Part shown: in pieces, positions 40,401 to 53,300 of the stretch
Layout of the letters: each line of letters opens with the position of its first letter
Position numbering within the stretch: the stretch's first letter is position 1
Assembly: GCF_001194135.2 (NCBI RefSeq)
Contig: NC_068988.1
Coordinates: forward strand, 53,182,704 to 53,246,703
Length of the DNA: 64,000 nucleotides
Reading direction: 5' to 3'
Origin: Octopus bimaculoides
Taxonomy: Eukaryota
The notes under the pieces: generated by a model
Database searches by the model: none
What the model was told of the DNA's origin: nothing
Seen by the model: only the letters and a program-made list of their open reading frames with translations
Translations under genes and position numbers: made by a program

Positions 40401-43400
40401 NNNNNNNNNNNNNNNNNNNNNNNNNNNNNNNNNNNNNNNNNACCACCTTCCGGAGTATTCGAGCGGTTCCAAGCAGTGCTGTTTTCTGCAAGTGCTCCAC
40501 CCTTATTGCAGCCCCTATTTGTTCCACATACTTCTCGAGATTTTTGCTCACTGTTCCCAGGGCTCCGACAATTATTGGTACTACTGCTACCTTTTTCATC
40601 GACCACAACTGCTTAACATCCCAAGCTAACCTATCATATCTCTCGACTTTTCTTTCTTCCTTATCGCACACCTTGTTGTCAGCTAGGCATGCTATATCTA
40701 TGATCCAGCATAGTTTGTTTTCTTTCTCAATTAAGACTATGTCTAGCTTCCTATTCTTCTCAATTAAAACTGTATCCGGCATCCTATTCTTCTCAATTAA
40801 GACTATGTCCGGGTTCCTATTAATATTTTTTTTTGTTTTTTAAAGTGGTGTGTTGGCAGAATCATTAGCATGCTGAGGGAAGTGCTTGGTTGCATTTTGT
40901 CTTTATGTTCTAAATTCAAATTCCACCAAGGTTGACTTAGCCTTTCATAATTTTGAAGTCTATAAAATAAGTGTCAGTTGAACACTGGGTTTGATATAAT
41001 TGACTTACACCCCCCCTCCTTTGAAATCACTGGACTTGTGTCAGAATTTGAAACCATTATGATTATTATTATTGTTATTATTATTATCAATAATAATAAT
41101 TATTATTGTTGTTGTTGTTGTTGCGGTCACCTGGCAGAATCATTAGTATGTCTGGCGAAATGTTTAGTGGTATTTTGCCCATTGCTACATTCTGGGTTCA
41201 ACTTCTGCCGGGGTCGACTTTGCCTTGCATCCTTTTGAGGTCAGTAAATTAAATAGCAGTGAAATACAGGTTGATGTAATCGACTAGTCCCCTCACCCAG
41301 AATTTCAGGCCTTGTACCTACAGTAGAAAGGATTATTATTATTATTGTTCTTGTTATCCAAGCAGCAAGCTGGCAGAATCGTTATCATGCTGGACGAAAT
41401 GCTCAGTGATATTTCATCTGCTGCTACATTCTGAGTTCAAATTCCACCAAGATCAACTTTGCCTTTCGGGGTTGATATAATCGACTACCCCCCCCCTCCT
41501 CCACATTTCAGGCCTTGTGCCTGTAATAGAAATGATTATCATTAAGGCAGCGAGCTTGCAGAATTGTTAGCATACCAGGCAGAATGTAGCAGCATTTTAT
41601 CCATCCCTGCATTCTGAGTTCAAATTCCACTTATGTCGTCTTTGCCTTTCATCCTGTTGGGGGTCGATAAATAAAGGACCAGTTGAACACTGAGCTTAAC
41701 CCCTCGCCTGAACTTGATTGCCTTGTGCATAAATTTGAAACCTCATTATTGTTGTTGTTGTTGTCTCTATTTGCAACTACCATTGTGAGTGTAATTATTT
41801 CAATTAAATTTGTTATCAAAATAATGACACATTTATCATTACTGCAAACTTGATGAGTTATCATGTATCTTTTGCTTGTTTTCAATAATTGGACTGTAAC
41901 TATGCTGAGTCAACGTCTGAAGGGTTTTTGTCAAACAAATCAACTCCATTACTTTTTGTTTTTTTTAAATCTGGTTCTTATTCCATTTGTCATTTTAGTC
42001 AAACCACTAAGTTATGGGGATGTAAACAAAGCAACACTGGTCGTCAAGTGGCGGGGGAATAAATACATACTCAAAAACTTACACACACACACACTGGATT
42101 TCTGCACCGTTTCTGTCTACTAAACTCACTCACAAAGATTGGTCGCCTGGGGTTATAGTAAAAGGGTAAAGACCTCCTTCGGTCATGAATGACCATAGCA
42201 TTGCACCTAGGAAGTTTCTCTCTGAGGCACAAGTCCAGGCAAAGTTGTTTATGGAAGACCAGCAGTTGCCCATGCATTCCAGCCATGTCACAGATGTCAT
42301 CCAAAGTGAACTTCTGAACCAAACAGCCAAGTTTACTTACTGTCCCTTGTCAATTTGGTTCTGACCTCCACCAGTTACTCTGCTAAACCAGCCCACTTAT
42401 TCTTAGTTCAACCTTAGCACACCTTTCCAATTTCCCTTCTCTCCTGTCCTACCTCTACTTAATTTATACAAATTTAAGAGAAACTTATTGTATTTTTGTT
42501 TATCCTGCCAAGTAAACAAGGTTTGGTTGTGTGGTTAAGAAGCTTGCTTTGCAGCCACATGGTTTCAGGTTCAGTCCCATTGTGCAGTACCTTGGGCAAG
42601 TGTCTTCTACTATAGCTCCTGGCCAAATAATGCTTTGTCAGTGAATTTGGTTACTCTTTTACTTGTTTCAGTCATTTGATTGTGGTCATGCTGGAGCACC
42701 GCTTTTTTAGTCGAGCAAATCAACCCCAGGACTTATTCATTGCAAGCCTAGTACTTATTCTATCAGTCTCTTTTGCCGAGCCGCTAAATTACAGGGATGT
42801 AAATACACCAGTATTGGTTGTCAAGCGATGTTGGGGGGACAAACACAGACACACAAACATATACACACATACATATATATTTATACATATATACGACAGG
42901 CTTCTTTCAGTTTCCGTCTACCAAATCCACTCACAAGGCTTTGGTTGGCCTGAGGCTATAGCAGAAGACACTTGCCCAAGGTGCCACACAGTGGGACTGA
43001 ACCCGAGCCATCGCATGGCTTGGTGCTTAGGGTGTTTCACTCGTGATTGCGAGATCGTGGGTTCAGTTTTCTTAGACCAGGTGTTACGTTGTGTTCTTGA
43101 GCAAAGCACTTCATTTCACATTGCTGTGCGATCATTTCGACATCTGACATGTGGCACCCATTGCACCTGTACAGGTAATGTCGATCTGATGGAGGGAGTG
43201 AGCTTATGTCTGCACATTTACACTTTTATCAAAATATGTCACCAGTTTCAATTATTTATAAAATGATTTAGTCATGAGAAAAGACCATAAATTGAAATAA
43301 CTGAATTGAATCAATCTTTCCTGATAACAGTTTCTGGAAGTTCACATTTTTCTTACCAAATTCACAGAGTGTTGGTAGTTGATTTCCTTCTGATAGTTAC

Positions 43401-43512
43401 ATGCTAAATTTCTCCATTCATGTTGGGCTACATGATTTTTTTCTTTATTTTTGTGGGTGGGGGCATTGAAGAGGTATGTGTAACAAAAAAGTGGTTGAGA
43501 TGTATTGTTGCG

Positions 43513-43554
<42 letters not shown>

Positions 43555-46500
43555 CTGAGAAAATGTAAGATGCATTTGTGACATTTTGGGGATTGTCACA
43601 TGTATGTGTAGTGAGTCAGTGTTACATGAATGACAGTTAACCTGACTGTAGGATATATGTGGCATACATCATCAACATCATCATCATCACCAGCATCCCC
43701 TATCCCCACTACCACCATCATCATCACCATCACCACATGGTCTTTATGTTCCACTTTAAAAATACGTTAGAGGAGAGTATTGGCAATTATTGCACTACAT
43801 GTGAAGCTGAAAATAATGATAAATATATTAATTAATTGCTTTATTGATTACTCTTCAGAGAAAAGAACCTACAATGGTTTACCATCGTTCATGACAGAAG
43901 TTGCTAAGGAGGAACTGAATCGTCTCAGTGAAGACATAACAGAATGTAATGTTGTATATTTACCACAGGTTGGTTGTGTGGTTGCTTCTCACTTTGTTGC
44001 TGCTTGCTACTTTTTAGCTTTGTTTTGCATTAATGAAAAGCCGTTTATGAATGATAGCATCGTTTGCTATAAGATCCCAGTGAACCAGTTATTGGTTCAC
44101 TACATTCCTTGTAACAAGATCGACAAATGACATTTGTGGAGGTTGGGTCAAATAAATATAACAATGTGTTTTTTTGTTTGAATGCACCTGTTTATTAGTT
44201 TTCTTACTAGTGTGTACGTTGTCTTTTTGCTGAAACATACATATATTCATCAGCAAAACACACACACACACACACACACATACATATATGTACACACGTA
44301 CACACACAAGTGAGAAACTTACAGCTTTTATATCCAGGCTGTAGATTTAACATTTGTGCTGATTATCATAGGAACAGAGGGCTATGTAACAACAGATTTA
44401 CATAGAGGCCCAGAAATACTGGCATTCTACTAGAAAAAACAATACAAAGTACGTTGCACCCTCAAATGTAGTCAATTAGCGGTATCGTGAAACTTAGTAA
44501 AACATTCCATGGATTATCCATTTGCCATTCCTGGGTTGAACACATCCACAAGATTGCATGTACATATGCTCATGCACATACCTAGACAGTAATGAAGCAT
44601 ACACACACACATGTATATTAAGGTAACCTGCACACTAACTACACAAGTACAAGTTTTTCCACACACAAGCACATACACACTAATTTACATATCATGAAAC
44701 CTGAGAGCTGTTTTGATTGAACCCTTTAGCATTTCAACTGGCCCTAGCTGGCCCCAATATTCGACCTGTTTTGTGTTCAAACTGGCCAGATCCAACCTCT
44801 CACACCTACCCTACAATGTCAGTCTGAAAATAAACAATCACAACATTGAAATCCTGAAGGTATGAAATAATGCATTATTAATAATAAAAAAACAATGTGA
44901 ATAAATAAGTATTACATTTGGTAGAGTAATGTGAATGTAGAAAGGTTAAATAAATGACCCCTGACACTTTTTTAGCAATTAGTTTGAATTTTTGATAGGG
45001 AAAACTTAAATAATTTCCAATAAGCTTTATTATGAGAAATGAACTGTAACAATAATGCCAACCAATAATTTGGATTTTTTGTGGCCAAAATATCATATAT
45101 GTATACTTATTTATCAATAATTTAAGAAAATTGCCGAATTTACTTCAATTATCTTAATTTTATTGTACAGCTTGGTTATTTATTAGCAATCCCTTGCTCA
45201 GATAATTTGACATCAGAGGCACAGTTCCATATTCCAGGACTTGAATTTGTTGTAAGTATTGATAATAATAACCCTTTCTGTTATGAGCACCAGGCCTGAA
45301 ATTTGGGATTAAGTTAATTACATCGACCCCAGTATTCAACTGGTACTTAATTTATCAACCCTGAAAGAATCAAAAGCAAAGTCTACCTTGGTGGAATTTG
45401 AACTCAGAGCGTAGTGACAGGTGAAATACCACTAGGCATTTCACCTGGTGTGCTAACCATTCTGCTGGCTCACCGCCTTAGTATTACTAATAATAATAAT
45501 AATAATAATAATCCTTTCTACTACAGGCACAAGGCCTGAAATTTTGGGGAAGGTAGCTAGTCGATTACATCGACCCCAGTGTTTCACTGGTACTTAATTT
45601 ATCAACCCCAAAAGGATGAAAAGCAAAGTCGACCTTGGCAGAATTTAAACTCAAAACATGAAGACAGACAGACAAAATACTGCTAAGCAGCTTTTCCAGC
45701 TTGCTAACGATTCTGCCAATTCACCACCTTGAATAATCATAAAAATAATGACAGTGGTGGTGGTGTTAGTGGCGGCGACGACGATGACAACAGTGGCAGC
45801 AGGCAACAGTAAGCAGCAGTGCATGTGTGTGTGTGTGCCGCTGGACTGACTCCTGTGCAGGTGGGACGTAAAAAATACCATTTCGAGCGTGACCGTTGCC
45901 AGTACCACCGGACTGGCCCTCGTGCCAGTGGCACGTAAAAGCACCCATTACACTCTTGGAGTGGTTGACGTTAGGAAGAGCATCCAGCTGTAGAAACTCT
46001 GCCAGATCAGATTGGAGCCTGGTGCAGCCATCTGGTTCACCAGTCCTCAGTCAAATCGTCCAACCCATGCTAGCATGGAAAGCGGACGTTAAACGATGAT
46101 GATATATGCATGTGTGTGTACATGTTTTTTTGTTTGTGTGAGCATGTGATGATAGTAGATGAGCATAACCATCATACAATCCATGTCGTTCATTTCCAGT
46201 CTTCCATAGGGGACATATTACTTTGTCTGGAAACAGGTGAGGGTTGGCGACAGGTAGGGTACCAAGCCATGAAAAAAAATCTGCCTCAAATACACTCACA
46301 CACAGCTCATATTCTGAGAATATTTTTCAAAAACATTGTTTAATATCATTATACTCTTACTTTACTTTCCCACCTTTGTCTTTTCTTCACTGTCTAAATC
46401 TATCTTGTGACCATCAACTCCCCACTACTATTCTCTTTTGCCTGGTCATCTAACCAGTATCTTCCACAATCTTTCCAGTATTCTATACAACCTTCAACAG

Positions 46501-47318
46501 ACCTCTCTTTATTTCTTTGATAAAGAACAATATCTTAAATAACCCTAGCCCTAATCCTCACTCACAACAATATACACTCTTTAATATCAGCACAAACTAT
46601 TCTCTACTGTTTTATGACATTTATAGAGTTTATTTGGAATATCTTTTTTGTAAATCTTTTATTTCTGTTTATTACAGTTTTTATCCAATAACATGATACA
46701 CTACAAAAGTGCCAGCACTAGAAGTGAGTTGCAGTAAACTTTTGTTCTTTATTGTTGTTTTTGTTTTTATGGTTACAGCTAAGATGAGCAAGGGTGATTC
46801 TGTCAGAATGCAACAGTTACTAGTCTACAATTACCATGGACTCATGCAACCCAACACAGTTGGGTTGTGCGTAGTTATCATCACCTTGTAATATCTGTTT
46901 TCCATACTGGTGTTGGTTTGACAGTTTAATGGGAGCTGTTGAGCAGCGATAGGACTGCACCAAGCTCCACTGCCTGCTTTGGTATGGTTTTTACAGCTGG
47001 ATGCCCTTCCTAACAGTAGACTTTATCCATTGCCCTGTTTAACATTTAATTATTAGATGGCTTTTGCAGTGCACACTCTGTTGTAAGCATTTGGACCAGG
47101 CCTTGTAGTTGCTTTCTCCTTTCTCCCTACTCCAGATCTCCTTCTTCCTCTGATTTGGCCATTTATTCTGCTAATTCTTTGATAATCTTGTATTTTCAGA
47201 TTTAGACAAGATTTTAGGTGACACACAATGTGAGATCACTGGTAAGGAATGATTTGATATTAATAGCAAATTTTGTATACTACCAAATACCTTTTGTTTC
47301 TCTCTTTCTCTCTCCTTC

Positions 47319-47363
<45 letters not shown>

Positions 47364-50300
47364 CTTAAATACATATGTTTATGTAAAATATAAGCACACA
47401 CTCACACAAACATGTAACCTTATAATCCAGGGCAGTGCATATTTTGGGTGGACTGCAAGCTTTATATAGCTGTTTAACATTTATAACTGCAATTATTCAA
47501 CAAATATATCATCCATCATAATTTTTTTTACCTCCTTTTTGTTCCATAAGTTGAACAAAGCAGGATTTTATAACCAAAATTTCTTTCTTGTCACCAATCC
47601 TTACCTGTTTTCGAATAAGGTTCTTAATTCCATGTATTCACATATCAAGCTACTAAGACATTGTTTATGCAAACATCTCCACTGCTCAAGCAATGTCAGT
47701 GTGAATACATAGGGAGACAAACACACACATGCATGCACATGTACACATCAGGTTTCTGTACAGTTTCCATTTTTCAAATTTCGGTCTTTGATCAGCCCAA
47801 GGCTATAGCAGTAACCATTTACTCATGGTGCCACACAAGCCTCAAAAATCACATGATTGCAGCAACTACAAACATTAAGAAGATATAAGCAGAAAGCAAT
47901 AATAAAATGCCATTGAGGTTTAAAATCACATTTGATAAGTGCCCTGTTACATTGGCCACTTTTACCAGAACACTCCACTTTGTATGAAACACAAGACTTT
48001 CTAGCTATAGTTTCAGAGGTGTGCTCGTCAGGCAGGTGATTTGATCTGAGACTGTGTGCTGAAATTAAAATTTAAGGTTTGTTTTAAAAGTAATTTGATG
48101 ATAAGGTGATAGTGGTGTTGTTGTTGTTGTTGTTGTTACTGTTGCTGTTGTTGTTGTTGTTGTTCAATCTCAGTCCTTTTTTTATGTCTGGTACTTTTCA
48201 CTTGCTCTCTTTTGCTGAACTGCAAAAGTTACACCAACACTGGTTGTCAAATGGTGGTGGTGGTTGGGGGGGGGGGACATAAGGACGCCCCCCCACACAN
48301 NNNNNNNNNGGGGGGACATAAGGACGCCCCCCCACACACACACAAACATGTATGACAGGCTTATTTCAGCTTCCATCGTATGGCTTTGGTTGGTCTGAGT
48401 CTTTAGTAGAAGACTCTTGCCTAAGGTGCCATGCTGTGAGACTGAACCTAAAACTATGTGACTGGAAAGCAAACTTCTTACCACACAGCCACAACTGTTA
48501 ACTTCATTTAAACATTATTTGGTGTCAAAATTTTTGTTGCATCAACTACAATTGGGTCACTGAAATGATTCCACTACATGAGATGCTGTGTGTCTTCATG
48601 TGTTATTGAATAGCTAACACGTATCTTCCTCACTGCAGTCATTATATCGATAGCGACAGGCAAGCATGTAATGTTTATTCATGTTTAACATTTCATTAAA
48701 ATATCTTCCTCTTGTTCCTTTATCATTATTACAGACCATGAAACAGCAATAATGCATCAACTACAGGACACTATATTGGAACATTGTCAAGTATTGTTTA
48801 ATGTCATGGATTCTGCAGCAGAACTGGATTGGTGAGTTCTATTGACCCTAACCCAGGTGCAACAAACACCTACAATTTTGCCAGCATCGTAAATAACATT
48901 GTATCATTATAAGGAGCATAGTAAAAGTTAAAGTAAAGCTTCTTGTAAAGATCATAGTAAATGTCATAGTGTCATAGTAAGTGTTACAGTGTTATAGTAA
49001 GGGTCATATAAGTATTATAATTAGAGTTAGTGGCTGTGTGGTAAGTAGCTTGCTTACCAACCACATGGTTCTGGGTTCAGTCCCACTGCTTGGCACCTTG
49101 GGCAAGTGTTTTCTACTATAGCCTCGGGCCGACCAAAGCCTTGTGAGTGGATTTGGTAGATGGAAACTGAAAGAAGCCTGTCATATATATGAATATATAT
49201 ATGTATGTATGTGTGTTTGTGTATCTGTGTTAGTCCCCCCACCATCGCTTGACAAGCGATGCTAGTGTGTTTACGTCCCTGTAACTTAGCAGTTCGGCAA
49301 AAAGATACCGATAGAATAAGTACTAGGCTTAGAAAGAATAAGTCCTGGGGTCGATTTTCTCGACTAAATGCGGTGCACCAGCATGGCCGCAGTCAAATGA
49401 CTGAAACAAGTAAAAGAGTAAGTGTCACAGTCGGCATTGAAGTAAGTGTTATAATGCCATAGTAACTGATCTGTTACAGCGAGTGTCATTATGTCTGTTC
49501 TAGAATTGAATCTGTAGCCTAGTTATATATCCTGTGACCTGTAACACTGACATTGTTAAAAGCATTTATCAATTCTCTTCTTAGATAGTGTTAGAAATAT
49601 TAAATATAATCTCTCTCATCTCCCCTATGGTAGGGAAGTGAATGATCAAACAGGGAACGTATTTTAGTTATGACCTAAATGATAACTTGACAAAGTCCCA
49701 CCAATTAATTCAGTGTTTTGAGGTCACAACATAAATTAATTGGGTTAAGTCTTAAAGCTACAATGTACTGAAAACGTGTTTGGTTAATTAGATAAAAAAT
49801 ACATATATAGATATGCGACAATTAAAATGAATGCTGTGAAACTAACTTGAGTGGTAGACTTACTCCATTGCTTAGTTTACATCTGGCCTGTTTTTGAGTA
49901 CCTTTAACAGAATTCATTCAGTTGTGAGCATGCAGGTGTATATATCTTCTCTGAGGACTCAATATCTAGATGTATTGTTTTCTACTGCAGTAACACATGT
50001 CACTTCTTCATCTTCTGTTTCTCCACCTGAGAAAGTCTCAGTTTCTGAGTCCTTGAGAAAATATCTGGTTAAGAAATAATAAAAAAGTATTTGATATTCT
50101 TCACTGAGACAATATAAAAATATTTATTATATAAATCGTTTTTAGTGGTGGAACTCAAAATAGATAAACTTTGAATAACAGCATGTAAATTTCGGATTAA
50201 AACCCCTTGGATGGAAAAAGCTTAAAACCAACTAATCAGCTTGCAAGGAATGAAGCAAATATGCTTCGCTGAATGTGTAATGTCAGTGTGCATACTAAAC

Positions 50301-53300
50301 AGAGTGTAAGTACCTTGAGGGAAAAGTTGGACCTAAGAAGCATCAGATGTGGTGTGCAAGAGAGACAACTGCACTGGTATGGTCATGTGGCGAGAATGGA
50401 TGAGGATATCTGTGTGAAAGAGTGGCACACCCTAGCGGTTGAGGGAACTTATGGAAGAGGTAGACCCAGGAAGACCTGGGATGAGGTGGTGAAGCACAAC
50501 CTTCGAACATTAGGCCTCACCGAGGCAATGACTAGTGACCGAGACCTTTGGAAATATGTTGTGCTTGAGAAGACCCGGCAGGCCAAGTGAGACCATAATC
50601 CAAGGCCTATGCCAGGGGTGTAGCCAGCCCACTTATGCGTACCTTTCCTTCATTGGACACTAAACTCTGCTTGCAAAGACCTTTTGAGGCAAGTGAAATC
50701 GAAATCAAATTCAATGANNNNNNNNNNTTATGCGTACCTTTCCTTCATTGGACACTAAACTCTGCTTGCAAAGACCTTTTGAGGCAAGTGAAATCGAAAT
50801 CAAATTCAATGACTGGCATCCATGCTAGTGGAGCGCTAAGAGCACCATTCAAGTGTGATCGTTGCCAGAGCAGCTGACTGGCTTCCGTGCCTGTGGCACA
50901 TAAAAAGCACCATTCGAGCATGATTGTTACTAGCGTCGCCTTATTGGCACACAAAAAAATATTCAAGCAAGGTCGTTGCCAATGCCGCTGGACTGGCTCC
51001 TGTGCAGGTGGCATGTAAAAAACACCATTTGAGCATGGCCATTGCCAGTACCGCCTGACTGGCCCTCGTGCCAGTGACACGTAAAAGCACCCACTACACT
51101 CTCGGAGTGGTTGGCGTTAGGAAGGGCATCCAGCTGTAGAAACTCTGCCAGATCAGATTGGAGCCTGGTGCAGTCATCTGGTTTGCCAGTCCTCAGTCAA
51201 ATCGTCCAGCCCATGCCAGCATGGAAAGCGGACGTTAAATGGTGATAATGAGTGATCAGTGCTTATTGACCTGACATTTTGTCCCATACATATATATATA
51301 TGTACATATATACATACATACACTGATGAAAGATATACATAATATCTGATAAATTGGTACATCACACCAAAATTACCTCATATAATTAGGTTTCAGCCAT
51401 AATTGGCCTTGGTGATGACTAACTTAAGAGTACCATAAGACAATTAATTGTTTCCTGTTACAGTCATACTTTGGGCTCTGTGACCCATTTCAGCAAAGAG
51501 ATATTGTTTGTAGAGATACATCTGGATGTCGGTGGTTTACCTGGAATTTGTTGGAGGAATTCATCCAGGAACCGTTTCAGTACTATGAGATCTTTTCCTT
51601 CCCTTATGTGTCTTGGCATAATGTTAAAGAGAGCAAGACCAGTTGAGGTAAAATAGTTCTGTCTTAGTAATGTTATGTGATGCAAGCATGACTTTTGTAG
51701 TGGGCAGATTGCATAAGGACCAAGTCTTGAGTGAATTTTAAAGGTGATGCCAATATCATTTGGACAATGTTGATGGAATATTTTGCACAGCATTGGAGAC
51801 CTTCTCAAGCCGATCCCAGTAATCAAGAACTTGTATTTGTTCTGTCTGTCCAAAATGCAAAAACAATCTCTTGTAACTTATTTCATTGGAAATGCAATAA
51901 ATCAGTGATTGATCTATGAAAACCCTATAACCAATAGTGCTATTGTTCACAAATGGATGAAAAAAAATGTTTTAAAAATGTAAGTGAAGTGAAATAATTG
52001 CAACTGGTATATGAAATTTAATTACAAAAGTTCTATCGATGTGACCTACTTTAATATGTGTTAATTTTTGTATAATTGAGCAGTCTTATAGCACTTAGTC
52101 TTTGTGCTCAAGAATTTGGCTATGTCCAACCAGCATTCACCTCTGAAAACGTAATTGATATCAAAACTGGCAGGTAGGTATTCAAAACTTTAAAAGCTTT
52201 CTTTCAATCTTCTCTCTCTCTCATATAATATATATAGTTCTATATTTAAGAGATGAGGAATTATTTACATTTGACAGGTATTTGTCCTCATCTTGTTTGT
52301 TGTTAACGTTTCGGCTGATATACTCTCCAGCCTCCATCAGGTATCTTGGGGAAATTTCGAACCTGGGTTCTTATTCCTAAGGTAATTTTCGATGTAATAA
52401 TAATAATAATAATGATGATAACATCAAAAAATACCTTAGGAATGAGAACCCAGGTTCGAATTTCTCCAAGACACCCGATGAAGGGTGGAGAGTATATCAG
52501 CCGAAACGTGTTAACAACAAATAAGATGAGGACAAATATCCATCAAATGTAAATAATAAGATTAATAAAAATATATAAATACTATGCAAGCTATTTTTTG
52601 GTTTATTGAAATTTTCTCGTGGAAATTGTGATCAAACACTTATTGACAAGGGGAGATAATCTCAAAACTCAAAAATATCCTCAAAATTGACACACCATTA
52701 AAAAAAAAACACTTTGGTTGTCTAGAGACAAAAAGGACAGCTGTTGACATGTTTCTGCCTCATTATTGTCATCAACACAGCATTTGTCCTATTTTGAATC
52801 CTGAAGCCTAGATACTTAAACAATGTACAAAACATTTATAGCTTACAGTAATTTGCTTAATTTAAACAAGAGCTGAAAGAAATAACTCAAACAATAAAGA
52901 TAAATACACACACACTCACACACACAAACAAACAAACAATCCAGTTTAACTTGTGAGAAGGGCTTGATAATAAATCCACGTGATCTAAGGAATGATAAGC
53001 ATCACCTGCATAGCACAACACAGTGGTTAATTTATACTGTCAGAAGAATAGACTTCATCAAATGTCTTAAACAAAAGCCCTTTGTCAAGAAACAAAACAG
53101 AGGTAAATGGAATTTCTCCAGTTGGCTTGGAGTTTAGTTAAAAATGGTTAAGAAAACAAAATTTGGAGTCGTTTCTCTGAGAATAATCAACAGAAGTAGG
53201 AGAATGAAAGCAAGAACTAATACTGGAGGTTGTGCTTGTGGAGTGCGTTAAAGGGGTGGTGTTGGTGGAATGTTGTTTTGTTGTTGCTAGTGGTGGCAGT

